Below the pieces are notes generated by a model. It saw only the letters and a list, made by a program, of their open reading frames with translations. It was not told where the DNA came from and searched no databases. Positions 1 to 14,300 of a stretch of DNA of 64,000 bases are shown here, one piece after another. The stretch lies in NCBI RefSeq assembly GCF_009914755.1, contig NC_060935.1. One strand, written 5' to 3'. Position 1 is the stretch's first letter, and every line of letters starts with the position of its first letter. The translations under genes and the position numbers were made by a program. This stretch comes from the human T2T-CHM13v2.0 reference genome, Homo sapiens.

Positions 1-430
1 GGCCGAGAGGCCTGAGCGCCGCCTGGGGATCTGGTCCATCTGGGTGGCAGCTTCCCAGAGGCCTGCCGCGCTCGGCCTGCAGTTCTCCGCTGCGGACGGT
101 AGGTGGCAGCGGGTCGTGAGAAATGGCCCTCGCCTGGCCCTGGCTGCGGAGACCCAGCCTGGAGAAAAACGTGGCTGGGCTTCGGCCGCCGAGCGAGGGA
201 GAACCGCGCCCCCGGGGTGGGGCTTGGGGGCCGCCCTGGGACTCGGTGGCTTCTGCCCGAGCGGAGGTCAGCGAGGACCCGGGAGGCAGCGCCTGGATGG
301 AGCTGGACGGGGAGGGCTCTGCTGGGGCTCCTGGTCCCCATGCGGCTGTGCTGTCATGGGGAGCCCTGGGGACCCTGGCACCCTCGTGAGGGCCCAGCCC
401 GCCGACTCCTTAGCCAGAACTTGTGCCCAG
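1..430. promoter_or_regulatory. CpG island edge, continuing left of the window
   Basis: Very GC-rich with dense CpG (gagcgccgcc, ttcggccgccgagcg, accgcgcccccgggg) against a CpG-depleted background. Further CpG patches at about 1090-1250 and 1880-1930. Confidence 0.75.
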
Positions 431-949
431 CGTGGGAATTTTCTTCCTGAGCAAACAACTTTTTTTTTTTTTTTTTTAACTGAGGAAGAAACTGCCCTTC
501 AGAGAGGTTAAGGGACTGGCTGTGGCCACATGGCTCTTGCGTGGCTGTGCAGTTATTAAAACCTGGTCCTGTCTGACGAGAATCGTGCTTTTTTCCACTG
601 TGCCAATACCCAGTGGGGGATTCCCTGGTGTGAGCGCCTGGGGATAACGGGGGTGTCTTCTAGTCTGCATTTACAGTGAGGAACTCGGCTACGCCAGGGT
701 GTGGCCATGGGCCCCCGCTCCCAGGCACTGTGCAGTGAGGGGGTGGCTGAGACGACCGCTGGATGGCCTTGGAGAGCCCTAATTCCCTCCCAAGCCCTAA
801 CTCTCCAGGCCCCCTGCCCTGGCAGCCTCTGAGCATTAAATCTGACCAGACCTGCCCCTGCAGGGTCTGAACTCCGGACGCCCCCCACCTCTGTCTACCT
901 ACTCTTATTGTACTGGATTTCAACCCGTCTCCCCACCTCTGACATTTGA

Positions 950-1125
950 AAGCACTTTTACTCTCGGGAATTCGTTAGCTCTTTACAACCACCCCGTAAG
1001 GCAAAAAAAAAAGAAGGGATGTTTACATTTACAGAAGAGGAAACCGAGGCCTCAGAGAAGTGATTTGCCAAAGGGTACCAAGCAAGTTCGCGGCTGAGCC
1101 GGGTCTTGAACCTTAGGTCTTCATA
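950..1125 (-). mobile_element. MIR SINE
   Basis: Antisense MIR core: tttacagaagaggaaaccgaggc...gtgatttgcc...gggtcttgaacc. Confidence 0.75.
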
Positions 1126-1244
1126 GCTGCCTCCTGCGACAAGGCGGGAGCAGCGCTGGTGCAGAGCTCTGGAGCGGCCGGCAAGCCGAGCAGCGGAGGC
1201 CCTTCCATGCCTCTTCCTCTCCCGGAGGCAGACGGGGAGCGGCC

Positions 1245-1640
1245 GACAAATTAATTCACGCTATCTTTACATTATGTATAATGCGGCATGATTTTATTTT
1301 GCTTCATTCCCGAAATCTTTTACAGTAATTAGTAGCGGAGTAAAATATAAAAATTAATGCAATATAACACTTTAATGGTAATAATACACTATCCTGTCTA
1401 ATTAATAAAATCTGTTGTTTCCAAGCACGATTATTTATTTGACAAATTGATAGCACACATCCTGTTCATACCCTCTTTCCTAGCTCCCATCCTTTCAGTT
1501 TATCGAATAAAACTGTAGCAGGAAAATAAACAGATTGTCTTCTGACCTGACAAGCAAGTGAGAAATAAACCTCTCACTCATACATCCCTAATTGTTCTCA
1601 GCAATATCCTCTAACACATGTCCAGATTGCTTAAAAATGA
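1245..1640. promoter_or_regulatory. AT-rich, repeat-free, homeodomain-motif-dense block (candidate conserved non-coding element)
   Basis: Abrupt GC-to-AT switch, many TAAT/ATTA/TAATTA sites, retained CpGs, no recognisable repeat. Conservation not tested. Confidence 0.5.
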
Positions 1641-1837
1641 ATCTTGATTCCTCCCCCCCGCTTTTTTTTTTTTTTTTAAAATTGCGTCTCCTTATTTTAG
1701 AGAAAAGAGACCTTTCCTCCCTTTCCTCTGGGTAGTGTTTATATCGGGGCAGTTGGAGGGATATAAATTTTGTGACTGTGTTCAGAAATTCTGATGGCCT
1801 TGCTAACAGAGTGAGGCGATTGTTCAGGCCATGCCAA

Positions 1838-1880
1838 AGAGAGAGAGAGAGAGAAAGAAAGAGAAAGAGAAAGAGAGGAG
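1838..1880 (+). repeat. (GA)n / GA-rich tract
   Basis: agagagagagagagagaaagaaagagaaagagaaagagaggag. Confidence 0.9.
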
Positions 1881-2222
1881 GTCCGGGCTGCTCTGAGCCG
1901 CTGCCGAAGAACGCTGAACCCATCGCGAAGGCTGCAGGAGAGGATCAGCAAGGGAGCAGGGAGCAGTGAGGTTGCAGGATTGTCATTGGGAGTTGGCAAA
2001 AACGAAACTGGGGAAGGGGTTAGGGCAGGATACCCAGACCTGGCAGTATTTGCAGGTAGTACTAGGGAATAAGGAACAAGGTCCAGCATCATTATGTGTG
2101 GAACTTGGGATGAAACAACGATCTAATTACAAACCCGAATGCATGCTATTTTATGTAATACGGGGGCATTTTACATGCCAAGTGTGAAAATGCGAAAGCA
2201 TTTTAAGCTATAAATAGGGCCT

Positions 2223-2324
2223 CAGAGATAGAGATACAGAGAGACATGGAGACAGATGGAGAAAAAGAGAGAGTCAGACAGAGACAGAGAGAGCACGCGA
2301 GAGCAGGACAGAAAGAGAGAGAGA
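2223..2324 (+). repeat. Degenerate GA-rich tract (CU-rich on the minus strand)
   Basis: Repeated gagaca/gagaga units. Confidence 0.85.
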
Positions 2325-2329
2325 CTTAC

Positions 2330-2359
2330 CATCTGCAGGTTATTTTGCAGCACTTTTCT
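2330..2359 (-). other. Candidate 30-nt microexon
   Basis: Minus strand reads aatttttctttcag|AGAAAAGTGCTGCAAAATAACCTGCAGATG|gtaagt. Both splice sites are near consensus. Confidence 0.45.
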
Positions 2360-2527
2360 CTGAAAGAAAAATTATGTGATGTGATCTGTGTTCGGGGAAA
2401 AGCTATGCTATCCTCAGCTTTCAAGCTACATTTACTATAATAAAAAAGGAAAAAAAAATCTCCAAGTGCACACAGGTGAAAAAAGTCACCCTCTCATGGA
2501 AACTGGCCTCAATACAGAAAAAGAGAT

Positions 2528-2710
2528 ACACACACACACACACACACACACCCCTGCTTGCACAATCCATGGATGAGTCTCCAGAGTCCTTTCTTTTGTA
2601 TAGAAAAGTTCTACGATCTTATGGGCATTAGGTTCAACACACATACACACACACACAGACACACACAGGCACAATGCAGATATGTGCACATACCACCACT
2701 ACACACACAC
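2528..2710 (+). repeat. (CA)n microsatellite (2528-2551) and degenerate CA tracts (2636-2710)
   Basis: Seen directly. Confidence 0.9.
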
Positions 2711-2939
2711 CCTTTTGAGCCCAGGCCCTTGAATCAGTGCAGTCATGCCCCATTGGTGAGACTCCCCAGGCCACTTCCTGGGCCACCACAGTAATCCCTA
2801 CCTTCCACTGAAGTCTGAATACTCTGATTTTATTACCCACCCCCACCTTTCTCTCTTGATCCATCTCCCCATCCCCACCACCATTGTGCTAGTGCATTAT
2901 TTTAATAATAAAAATAATAATTTAAATAAAATTCTTCCA

Positions 2940-4935
<1,996 letters not shown>

Positions 4936-5246
4936 TTTATAATCAGCTTGGTTTCTGAGGATCCCAGGGACACAGAGATGAAAAGGCATGGGGGTTTTCT
5001 GAGAGAGCCTGTAATGCCTTAGTATCAGAATAATAACTGTGTCACGACAGATTACAAACCCAAAGAGGACCAGAAAAAGCTATGGTGGCTATACCCACAA
5101 GGGAGGAGGAGGCATCTGAGCTAGATCTTGAAATAGAAGACCTTTCCTAGTTGCAGAATAGAGGAAAGGGCATCCCAGGATGAGTGAGCCCTCAGCACAA
5201 ATAAGCAAAGCACCTGAGGTTGGAGAGAGTTCGTGCGTTCAGAATG

Positions 5247-5728
5247 CAGTAGTGCTCCCTTCTCCGTGGATAATGCCTGAAACCATGGATAGCACCAAAC
5301 CCTGTATAAAAGACGTTTTTCCTATACATATTCCTATGATAAAGTTTAATTTATATATTAGACATAGTAAGAGTTTAACAACAACTAATAAGAAAATAGA
5401 ATGATTATAACAATATAATAAAAATTAGGTGAATGTTATCACTCTTTCTCAAAATATCTTATTGCATTGCACTGTAAGTTAAACAAGGGTTACTTCAACA
5501 CAAGCACTGTGACAGTCGGTGTGATAACCCAGAGGGCTACTAAGTGACTATCCGGCAGGTAGCATATGCACTGCACAAAGGATGGTTCATGACCTGGGTG
5601 GGGCCAAGATTTCATCACACTGCTCAGAACGGCATGCAATTTAAAACTTGGGAATTATTTATCTCTGGAATTTTCCATTTAATATTTTCAGACCACAGTT
5701 AACCACAGGTAACTGAACTGTGGAAAGC
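5247..5728 (-). mobile_element. MER44 (Tigger7-derived TcMar element), one TIR lost
   Basis: cagtagt terminus; aagggttacttcaacacaagcactg, ctactaagtgacta and tggaattttccatttaatattttc match MER44 antisense. Confidence 0.85.
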
Positions 5729-5976
5729 TGCTGCGTCATCCCATTGCGGAAAGGCGGAAGGGCAAGCAAGCAGGTGCGGAAGATATCGCAGTGCTCCAGA
5801 GCTCCCTTTTTACAGCAACCCACATTTCACTCCTGTGGTAATGGCATGAATCCATTCAGGAGGGCTCCACCCTCATGACCCAATGTCCATCTAAAGGCCC
5901 CACCTTGCAGCACTGCTGCATTAAGAATTAAGGTTCCAACACATGAACTTTTGGGGGACGTATTCAAATCGGAGCA
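5729..5976 (-). mobile_element. MaLR LTR fragment (MLT1A/MST-like)
   Basis: aatccattcaggagggctccaccctcatgaccc...ttccaacacatgaacttttggggga. Fused directly to the truncated MER44, suggesting a deletion junction. Confidence 0.8.
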
Positions 5977-6859
5977 CCTTGCAAAGTATTTGGATTTCCT
6001 TATGAAGGTCACTGAAACCTCACATTGGGTGAGTTTGATGAAGTCTCATTATAGAGCTTGGACCTCAGAGGAGGAGAAGGGAGGAAGATACAGGTGCTTC
6101 TGCCAACAAAGGTGGCTTGGAGCCTTCAGAGCAGACCTCATGTTTCCCAGGACCAGGAAGAACAGGGCCCCCGTGTCCTAAGTGCCATAGACTTGTCAGG
6201 AGCATTTGCAGAAACCAAGATGGCAATGGTGCCTTGAATTTTGGACTGCTTTCCTCCCAGAGAAGGAGACTGGGTGTGAGGTGGAGGGAATTAAAACTTG
6301 TAGAGCTGCTATCATGCATTAGGGGATGTAGCATTCGATTCTCACAACACTCACCATCAGGTATAATTGTCCCCATTTACTAAATGATGTGTTTGGGTCT
6401 CAGAAAGGGTTAGTGACTTCTCCAAGGTAACCTGCTAATAAGAGCAAAGTCAGGATTTGAGCTGTGGTCAGTTGGTGCCAAACCAGTGCTTCTATCACTT
6501 CATGCTGTCTCACTAAACATTGTCACATTTAGGACCTCCATTCCTCAGGTTTGAGATGTGGGTGATTTAGCTCCATCTTTCAGAAGGGGAGCTTGAGACC
6601 CAAAGAATTCTTCAAGAAGCACCTTGCTCGTGGACACTCTACATGAGATAACTTTCTGATAGAAAACAGAGATGCAGTTTTGATCCGACAGCAATGGTAT
6701 TGAGGAATGTGTTTTTCCTGGAACTCTGGGATGGATTTTATGGCCTGATTCCAATTTGCCTTTCCAGAGGCCATTAGCCTCTGCTCATTCCTGACTCCTG
6801 GGGCAGATGGGAACACTCCTGGGTCTTTAATTTTTGAGAGGGTGTAGGAGGGGGCTGAT

Positions 6860-7500
6860 GCCATTTTCCTATTGCATAATAAAATTATTTCCTTAACAAA
6901 AAAGGGGGATCCACAGTTTCCAATTCAAATGCTTTTTTAAAAAACAGGGGGGAAAAGTAGCAAAAAATAGTCGAAAGAATGCACCCCTAAATGTGAAATT
7001 GTTCAGAAATACATATTTGTAATAGGATTCAAAGTGTTCATGACAGCTACTACTTACAGTGTTTAAAAAGTTGCAATTAGTACCAAAAGGCTTGGATGAA
7101 GAAAACATCCTATCATAGGCATATTTATAAAACAACTTCCATCAGCCAAAGGAAAAATGGACAGAACTCTATTACAAGCTTTTTATATTTGAAGAGCAAT
7201 TTCTAATAATATATCTAGAAGCCATTTCTGAAATTGACTTAGTGTGCATGATCTGGGATTAATGTTTTCTGCAAAATCACATGCTCGTTTGAACGTAAAC
7301 ATTTTGCACTTCCGTTCCACCTCCTGGTTCAGAAGAATGCACCTCCAATGTGTAAAATGATCTATCAAAATTAATTGTGAATGCCCTAATCCAATCAAGT
7401 CCACCTCATTAGGCAAACATTTAAATTATTAAGTTAAATAGTGGGATATTTCAATATAATCTTGTTATGCTATTTTTATGGCAGTACAAATGCTGTCTAC
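6860..7500. promoter_or_regulatory. Repeat-free AT-rich candidate conserved element
   Basis: TGCATAAT (6873), GGATTA (7256), TAATCC (7387), TTTATGGC (7475). No repeat recognised. Confidence 0.4.
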
Positions 7501-8582
7501 AGATGGGCTCTGCTTCCCAGCTTCCTTGCTATTGTTGATGAGCTCGCCACCTCTGTTGCTGGATTTCACACGTGTGTGATATTGGTCTAGTCACAATCCT
7601 GCATTCCCTCGCTACCTCAGCAATTACTGATGGAGCTCCTACTATGTGTTAAAATTTGAAGGCTAAAAAAGACCTTCAGGATAATCTAGTCATCACTTTT
7701 GCAGATACAGGAACTGAGATTCTGAGAGGTTGGGTGCTTTTTTATGGACCATGGAGCAAATTTGTGGCAGAGCTACTGGTAGAACCTTCTCTTCTTGATT
7801 CTGCATCCAACCATCTGCTTTTTTCTTCTTTCCTTGTCCATTTCTCTCTCTAATTCAAACATAAAGATGTAAATAAAATAGATCAGATTCGTGCTGTTCA
7901 TATTTTATATCATTAGTATTTTGCAAAATTATTCTTTTTCCCACCATTTAATAAAAGATATATTCCCAACCTGGTTGCTCTTCACAGAGCTTTAAATAGC
8001 TTGTCCTTTCTAAATTCCTCCAGCTAGCAAACAGCTATTCATCATTCCATAGTTCCTTGAAGGCCAGCCCAACAGAGACATGTTTGGAAGAAATAAGATC
8101 TTGATGTCTCAGCCTCCAGCCCCTAAATTAGTCTCTGGGTATGTGGATATTGAGAGGAGGAAGAACAAAGGAGTAAACAAACAGGAACTAAAGCGGGCTT
8201 GAGGTCTAGCCATGACCAGGGTCCAGATGCCCATATTGGGATCCTCTTGGGAGCTAGAGAACACAGTCCTGTCCTCAGCAAACCCCTTGCCCTACACCCC
8301 AAGGGAGTTATGTCTATGCTGTCTAAAGATTCAGATTTCACACTGACTCTGAAGGCAGGTCTAAGGAACCTTTAGACTTTACCCTACTTTTGGGAACGAG
8401 GTGAAATGAAGAACTTCCCAGTGTTCCCCTTTTACTCTCTGGTTCAAATGTAGACAGGATTATTTATACCCCGAGGCATGGCTGAGACAGGGATAGAACT
8501 ATCAAAAAGATATTCCGAAGGGGAACTAAACTTAGAAAGTGCCATGAATTCGAATTATCCGCTCTGCAGGTGGCTTAGGCCC

Positions 8583-8845
8583 CAGGAACACGGTATGACC
8601 TTAGTGGGCCCTAGGTACTCTTATTTTCTTGGGCTCTTTCTTCCATTTAGATAAGTAAATAAACAAATTATATTTTATGACTACATTAATATAATGAAAA
8701 AATATTAATAGTATAAATTAAAGCATTTTCTTTGACCTAAAATGTCCTAAAATTCTCTGATTTTAAGAGAATTAAAACATTTTTGTGGGCCCCCTAAATG
8801 TTTGTAGCCCTAGGCACTCAGCCTACTGTGAATAATAGAGCAGCC
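8583..8845 (-). mobile_element. ORSL (hAT-Tip100) DNA transposon
   Basis: gtgggccctagg, ttttctttgacctaaaa, aaaacatttttgtgggccccctaaa and gccctaggcact match ORSL antisense. Confidence 0.8.
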
Positions 8846-9339
8846 ATGCCAGGCCCAAGGAGAAACAGCCTCCCATTCTGCCTCCATTTGGCAGATGGAT
8901 TCTGATCAACACCAACACCCTGGAAATATCTAGCTTCCTCAGATCTGGGCAAGAGAGAAGAGCCTTAGCTCCTGTCCTCTCACTTTCCATAGCCTGGCTG
9001 GGGACAGATTGAAAACCCTTGGTGTAGGGAGAAGTCACCCTCCTTAATACCATTCAAACTCAGGTGCTTCAAGGTTATCACTGGAGGAGAATGAGCTTTG
9101 TTCTTTGTTCTAACAGTTTTATTCCTTCTGCCGGCATTACACTTGTCCTATGTGGAACCACATTCTTCATACACTAAAACATGGCTCAGTCAGGGTTAGA
9201 ACTGTCAAAAAGACCTTCTCAAGGGGAAAGCAAATACAGAGAATACTGCAAATTCATGATGCAAAAGGGCCCTTCAGAACAGAGGAAGTGGGTACATGAG
9301 GCTCTGCAGAAGAACCTGAGTACCCCTTGTTTTAAAGAC

Positions 9340-10030
9340 TGTAGAAATTGAAACTCTTACATGCTGCTGGTAGTGTCTGTTGGTGCAACCACTTTGGGAA
9401 ACTGTTTGTCAGTATCTATGAAAGTTGAATATATTATATGTGCCTCATGTCCCAACATTTTTACTCCAAAGTATTAGATTGAGCCATATGAAATTATCAG
9501 TGTTTAACTTTTTGATCTACAAAAATGTCAACTTAATTTGATTCAATTTAATCTACAGCCAACAGAAAAACATACATATGCTCAGCAAAAGTCATGTATA
9601 AGAATGGTCTAGCAGCACTATTCAAAAGCTGGACACTACCCAAAAGCCCATCAACCATAAAATGCATAAATAAATTGTGGTTTGTTCCTATAATGTACAT
9701 GCAATGAAAATAAGGAAAATAAAACTCCATACAACAACTTGGCTGGATCTCACAAACACAATGCTAATTGAAAGAAGCCAAACACAAAAGGATGTATATT
9801 GTATGATCCCATTTATATAAATTTCCAAGAGCAAACAGTACTAATCCATGATGCTAGGAGTCAGAAAGGATAATAGGTATGGCCCTAAAAGGCCATTGAG
9901 GGGCATTTTCTTGATCTAAGAGCCAGTTTTATGGGTGTGTTCACTTTAGAAAACTCATCAAACTATAACTTATGATTCGCACACTTTTCTATATGTATGT
10001 TTTCCTTTCTTAAAAAGTTTACTTAAAAAA
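9340..10030 (+). mobile_element. Old L1M (L1ME-like) 3' end
   Basis: ggtgcaaccactttgggaaactgtttgtcagtatct; gaaagaagccaaacacaaaag; tgatcccatttatataaa; A-rich end. Confidence 0.85.
9472..9552. mobile_element. MADE2 mariner MITE nested in the L1
   Basis: 80-bp degenerate palindrome tattagattgagccatatgaaatt...aatttgattcaatttaat. Confidence 0.8.
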
Positions 10031-11855
10031 AACAAGAAGGATGCAGAAGAATGCAGGCAACTGTTTGGGCAAAGACAACAGCAGGTGGCTTCAGGAGGGT
10101 CTACCCTCCTGCCCTCCAGTTTTTGTTGTGGATTTTTTGATCACTCACTAATATGGGCTCTCCTTAATCTCACTTACTCTCCAGCCCAACATCAAGGTGG
10201 AGCCTGTTGTTGTTCATATCCGGTGGATGGAGAAACTAAGGAAACAGATGCTTTGAGAGTCTAACTCTCCCAAATGCACACAGCCATTGTGTGAGAAGCC
10301 AGCACCTGACTCCAGAACAGTGTCTCTCCCAAGCTCTCACTCTGCAGGTCCGTGATCCAGACTCAAAGTAATTGGGATCATGTGGGACACCTGGAAGTCA
10401 CAACTCCCTATGATTTGGATGCAGATCCCACCTCTCTGGATCCTGCCCATCTGTAGATAGCAATTGTACTTCTCTAGAAGAAGGTTCCAGTTCTCATCCC
10501 TGCCCACCAGCATGGCCACCTATGAACCTGTGAAAACTCTTGGTCGGGGACAGGGCCTGGTGACTGCAAGTTGCTCACTCAGTCTGGCAAAGACATGATT
10601 TTTTCTGTGTTCTCTGACAAGTCCAGGCTGGCCTGCCTGGGTGTTGCCATCCCTGTGGCATCTGCCGGGGACATCCCAGTTCTATCTTCTTGTGCTTACT
10701 GCTCTTTCTGACTTTGGTTCTGAATGACCCTGTAAAGGTGTCTGTGTGGGTTTATGTGGAGATAGAATATATGGAAAATGATGCAGCCCTAGGCCACAAC
10801 AAAGGCGAAACTCAGCCTCTGCCTTCTTCTCTGACCAATAACTCGACCTTCCCCAGCCCCAGCTCTTCCCATAGCACTTTTAAGGTGAGTGTGGGAAGAA
10901 GTGCCAAGAAGAAAAGCAGGAAAGAGTGTTTTCTGAGGGGGCAGTGGGAGTCTGTTCACGTGCTCTTCCCCTTTCATGTATGTAACACCCCTGGGAATTG
11001 GGTATCGTCATCCTCGTGGTATTGCAAAGGCATCTGAGGGCCTAGGAAAAATAAATGCATGGGCTGCTGTTTTTCTTACGTGGGATGGTGATGCAGGCAG
11101 AGAAAACTAGTGAGCACCTAGGGGCAGCCAACCTCTCCTCTGTCATGGTTTGCATTCAATACTCTTGGGTGTGGACACACTCATAGATGGAGCTTGCTGT
11201 CTACTGATCTTTGTTCAGGTCATGGCCGCAATTAGTACCATTAATAAGGCACATGCTGCTTTTCTAGAAGAATGAAGAAGGGAGCCATTACCTTCTGTGA
11301 GGGGCAAAAGACATTGTATTAGCAGGTGAGAGTTCTGGTTCCAGCTCACCCATTTACTCTGTGTGGCTCTGGAAAAATTTCTCCCCCTCTCTATCCCTTA
11401 ACTTTCTCATCTGTGCAATGAGGGAATGAGATTTGTTGATGTCTGAGGGTCCTCCCACCTCTAGTACTCTGGTGTCTTATAAGGAGGTTCTCTTTGATCT
11501 GCACCATGAGGTATTGACACCACTGAGGAATACTCTAACTTTCCCCCAGGACTGAAAAGACAGGAAGGAACTTGTCTCCTTGGCCTCTGGCTCTGGTGGG
11601 CATCTGAGTGACAGAGACAGGCACAAGCCTGGTCTAGAAGGAATGAGGGACAGCCAAGTTCATGGGTAGCTGAAAGGTTCTGTGGACCAGGAGCCACCCA
11701 AGTCATGGGGTGTGGACAGTTAGAAGGATCCAAGAAGGTAGATTCTGAAAGGGGAACTAGAATAGCACCGGATTCATGTCCAAACCATTGCTGCAGCCTC
11801 TTATTTTATGTGTGCACTTCCTGGCCCTCACTCACCCCAACTGTTTCCTATAACT

Positions 11856-12007
11856 CAGGGGTTCTTAATCTGGAATTCCTGCCCTTTGAAGTTGCTTGCA
11901 AAACAATATGTATAGGCGAGTATGAGCATTTTCCTGGGTGCAGAAGCTTCCATTTTATTCTCAAAAACCTTAGACACACACATATACACACAAAGCTAAG
12001 AGCCACT
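11856..12007. mobile_element. hAT-Charlie MITE (Charlie4z-like)
   Basis: Termini caggggttcttaatct and gctaagagccact; internal gcattttcctggg. Confidence 0.6.
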
Positions 12008-12039
12008 CTTCCAATTTAAACACATCCTTGCTCCATCCC

Positions 12040-12510
12040 CACACTGATCTAGGCCCTTGTCATGAGTGTTTTGGGCTATTGCAATCACTTCCTAACTGGT
12101 GTCTGTGCCCCCAACCTCATATTCCTCCAATCCAGCTTCCACAGAGCCCTCAACATCGCTTTCTTCAAACTTTGTTTTTATCAGCTGTAGATAAAGTTCT
12201 AAGTGTTTAGCCCAGTTGTAAGGTCCTTTGAAATGTGGCCTCTAATTCCTTCTCCAGTCTCACCTCCTGACAACCCACTTCCTTGTGCAACTTTAACTGT
12301 AGCTTCACCCCAGGACATCATGGTTCTATGACTTGCATGTTCTATTCTCTCTGAGAGGAATGGCCTTCCCTCCCTTCATTTGCTAAACTTTTAGGATATA
12401 AACACCATGAGAAAAAGACTTTGTTTTGTTTATTGTACTATCCGGATACACAAAGTGTGTCTGGTATGTGTAGGTACTCAGTAAATATTTGCTGTGAATG
12501 AGTAATTGGA
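12040..12510 (+). mobile_element. L2 3' region
   Basis: cttcctaactggtgtct, ggaatggccttccctccc, tail gtaggtactcagtaaatatttgctgtgaatgag. Confidence 0.75.
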
Positions 12511-13944
12511 TAAATGACTCCTTTGGGATTTATACCAAGAGTCTCCACCACTTGAAGAATTCTCTGATGTCCCCAGTGGAGGTGGTCATTCTATTGGATC
12601 CATGTCTCACTGTATTGCAACTATTTTTTATATTCCATGTGAAATTATTAGGTAACATTATATGTGTCATTATTATTAATATATATCACTGAACTGTAAA
12701 CTCTAACTTCACAGACCCAGGGTTTTTTGAATTAAAAGATAAATCCCCAGCATCTAGATCAGGCTGACTAGCATCTAGACCAGGCTGGCTGGCACCTACC
12801 AGTTGCACCAAATAAATGTATCTTAAATGGATGAAAAAGCAAATGAATGCCTGCTCAAAACTCAAATGCCAAGGCCATCTTTGCCCCATCAAAATCCTAT
12901 CCATTCTTCAAGCTCTGACTCAAATTTGACTTCCTTTCATGAATCACTCCCTTCCCTTGTCCCCAATTTAGTGTGGTTTCTAGCTTCTCCAAGCCACCCC
13001 TAGCATTTTGGTGAACTCTTTTTTGTGGACTAATTTCACTCTTCCCTGAGCTAAGAACTTAGCACGATGCTCTCTCCTATTAGTCTTGCATACTCCTGGA
13101 ACCCTGGAGACACATCTATTCTGTTCTGTGGCCACTCCTACCCTTGCCTGCTGACCCAGCCCTAGCACAGTGCTCAAAACTGTGATACATGACATGAGAT
13201 TTTTGTTCAATTGAATGACTTCCCTACCTGCCAATTTTTGGCTAGATCTACAACTTTCTTTCATTAGACATGTTTCAGCTTCAGTTCTTCTTAAAATCTT
13301 CCTTTACAAAGAAGAAAAAGACCCACTGGCCAGTATGGGAGCTTCTGTGGAAGCATTCAGCTACTTGCATTCTTTCTGTGCATGTACCTCAAACCAAGAC
13401 TGCTCAGAGGAGGGCCAGCCAACCCCCGCAGGAAACCCAGCACACTCAGGCATTCACACTTCAGAAAAAATAAAGATGCAGAACAGGAAAAAAAAATCAT
13501 TATGGGCTACATCCATCGCACAGTAAGAAGCACTAATTATTCTGTGTAGCCTGAGTTTTTCTTGGTAGGCAAACTCTTTTGAATATTAACAAATATTTAT
13601 TTAGGAATTAATAATTGACATCTATGAAAGCATAATTTATGGAGAGTGAATTCCTCTTGGTTTGGGTTCCCACTGCTCTGCTACATCTGGCTGCTCCAGA
13701 AGTGACTCTTTCTTTTGTTAGAAGCAAGACACAGGGGCAGAGCACAAGCCAGGGCCAGGGACGCGCTTCAGTGACTGCACACAACAAAGCACAGTGGGAG
13801 GGCGTCGGGTTAGGATTCGATTGGAAAACTGGCTGTAGGCCTGACTCTGCCACTCCTGTTCCTGTGGCCTTGGGAGAGTTTCTTACCCTTCAGAGCCTCC
13901 TTTCCAAGGCTAAGAAACAGACGTCTTCGTGTCTACCAGTATTT

Positions 13945-14300
13945 AGTTGGACATGCCTGGTTGCAAGTAAATAAACTATTTTGAGTTGGCTTGAGCAATA
14001 AAGGGGAATTTGGGGAAGGAGGCCAGGTCATCTTCTGGAGCACTGACAGGGACAGGGCTAGGCCTCAGACACCCCTGGGAGCCAGGGCTGCTGAGCCAGG
14101 GCTACTAAGCCCTCTGCACCCTCTCTGCTTCTCATCTCCACTCCTCTCTATGCACCTGCTGTTCTTTTCCTGTTTTCAGATTTCCCCTACTTCTTTGGTC
14201 CCCTGGCAAAAGCACAGCCTCCTCATAGCTCCTGAGCTTTTCTGACACAGGTTCAACCATAGAAGGCAGTGGGAATATCTTTTGTCTCCATTTCCATCTT
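13945..14300 (-). mobile_element. Old MLT1 (K/L-like) LTR
   Basis: tggttgcaagtaaataaac...tggcttgagcaataaaggggaattt. Confidence 0.5.

Noticed and set aside
44-923. Overlapping ORFs of 64-155 aa in and next to the CpG island
   Set aside because: Stop-poor GC-rich DNA opens several frames; G/P/R/A-biased, several lack ATG starts, one runs through poly-T, and no domain is recognisable.
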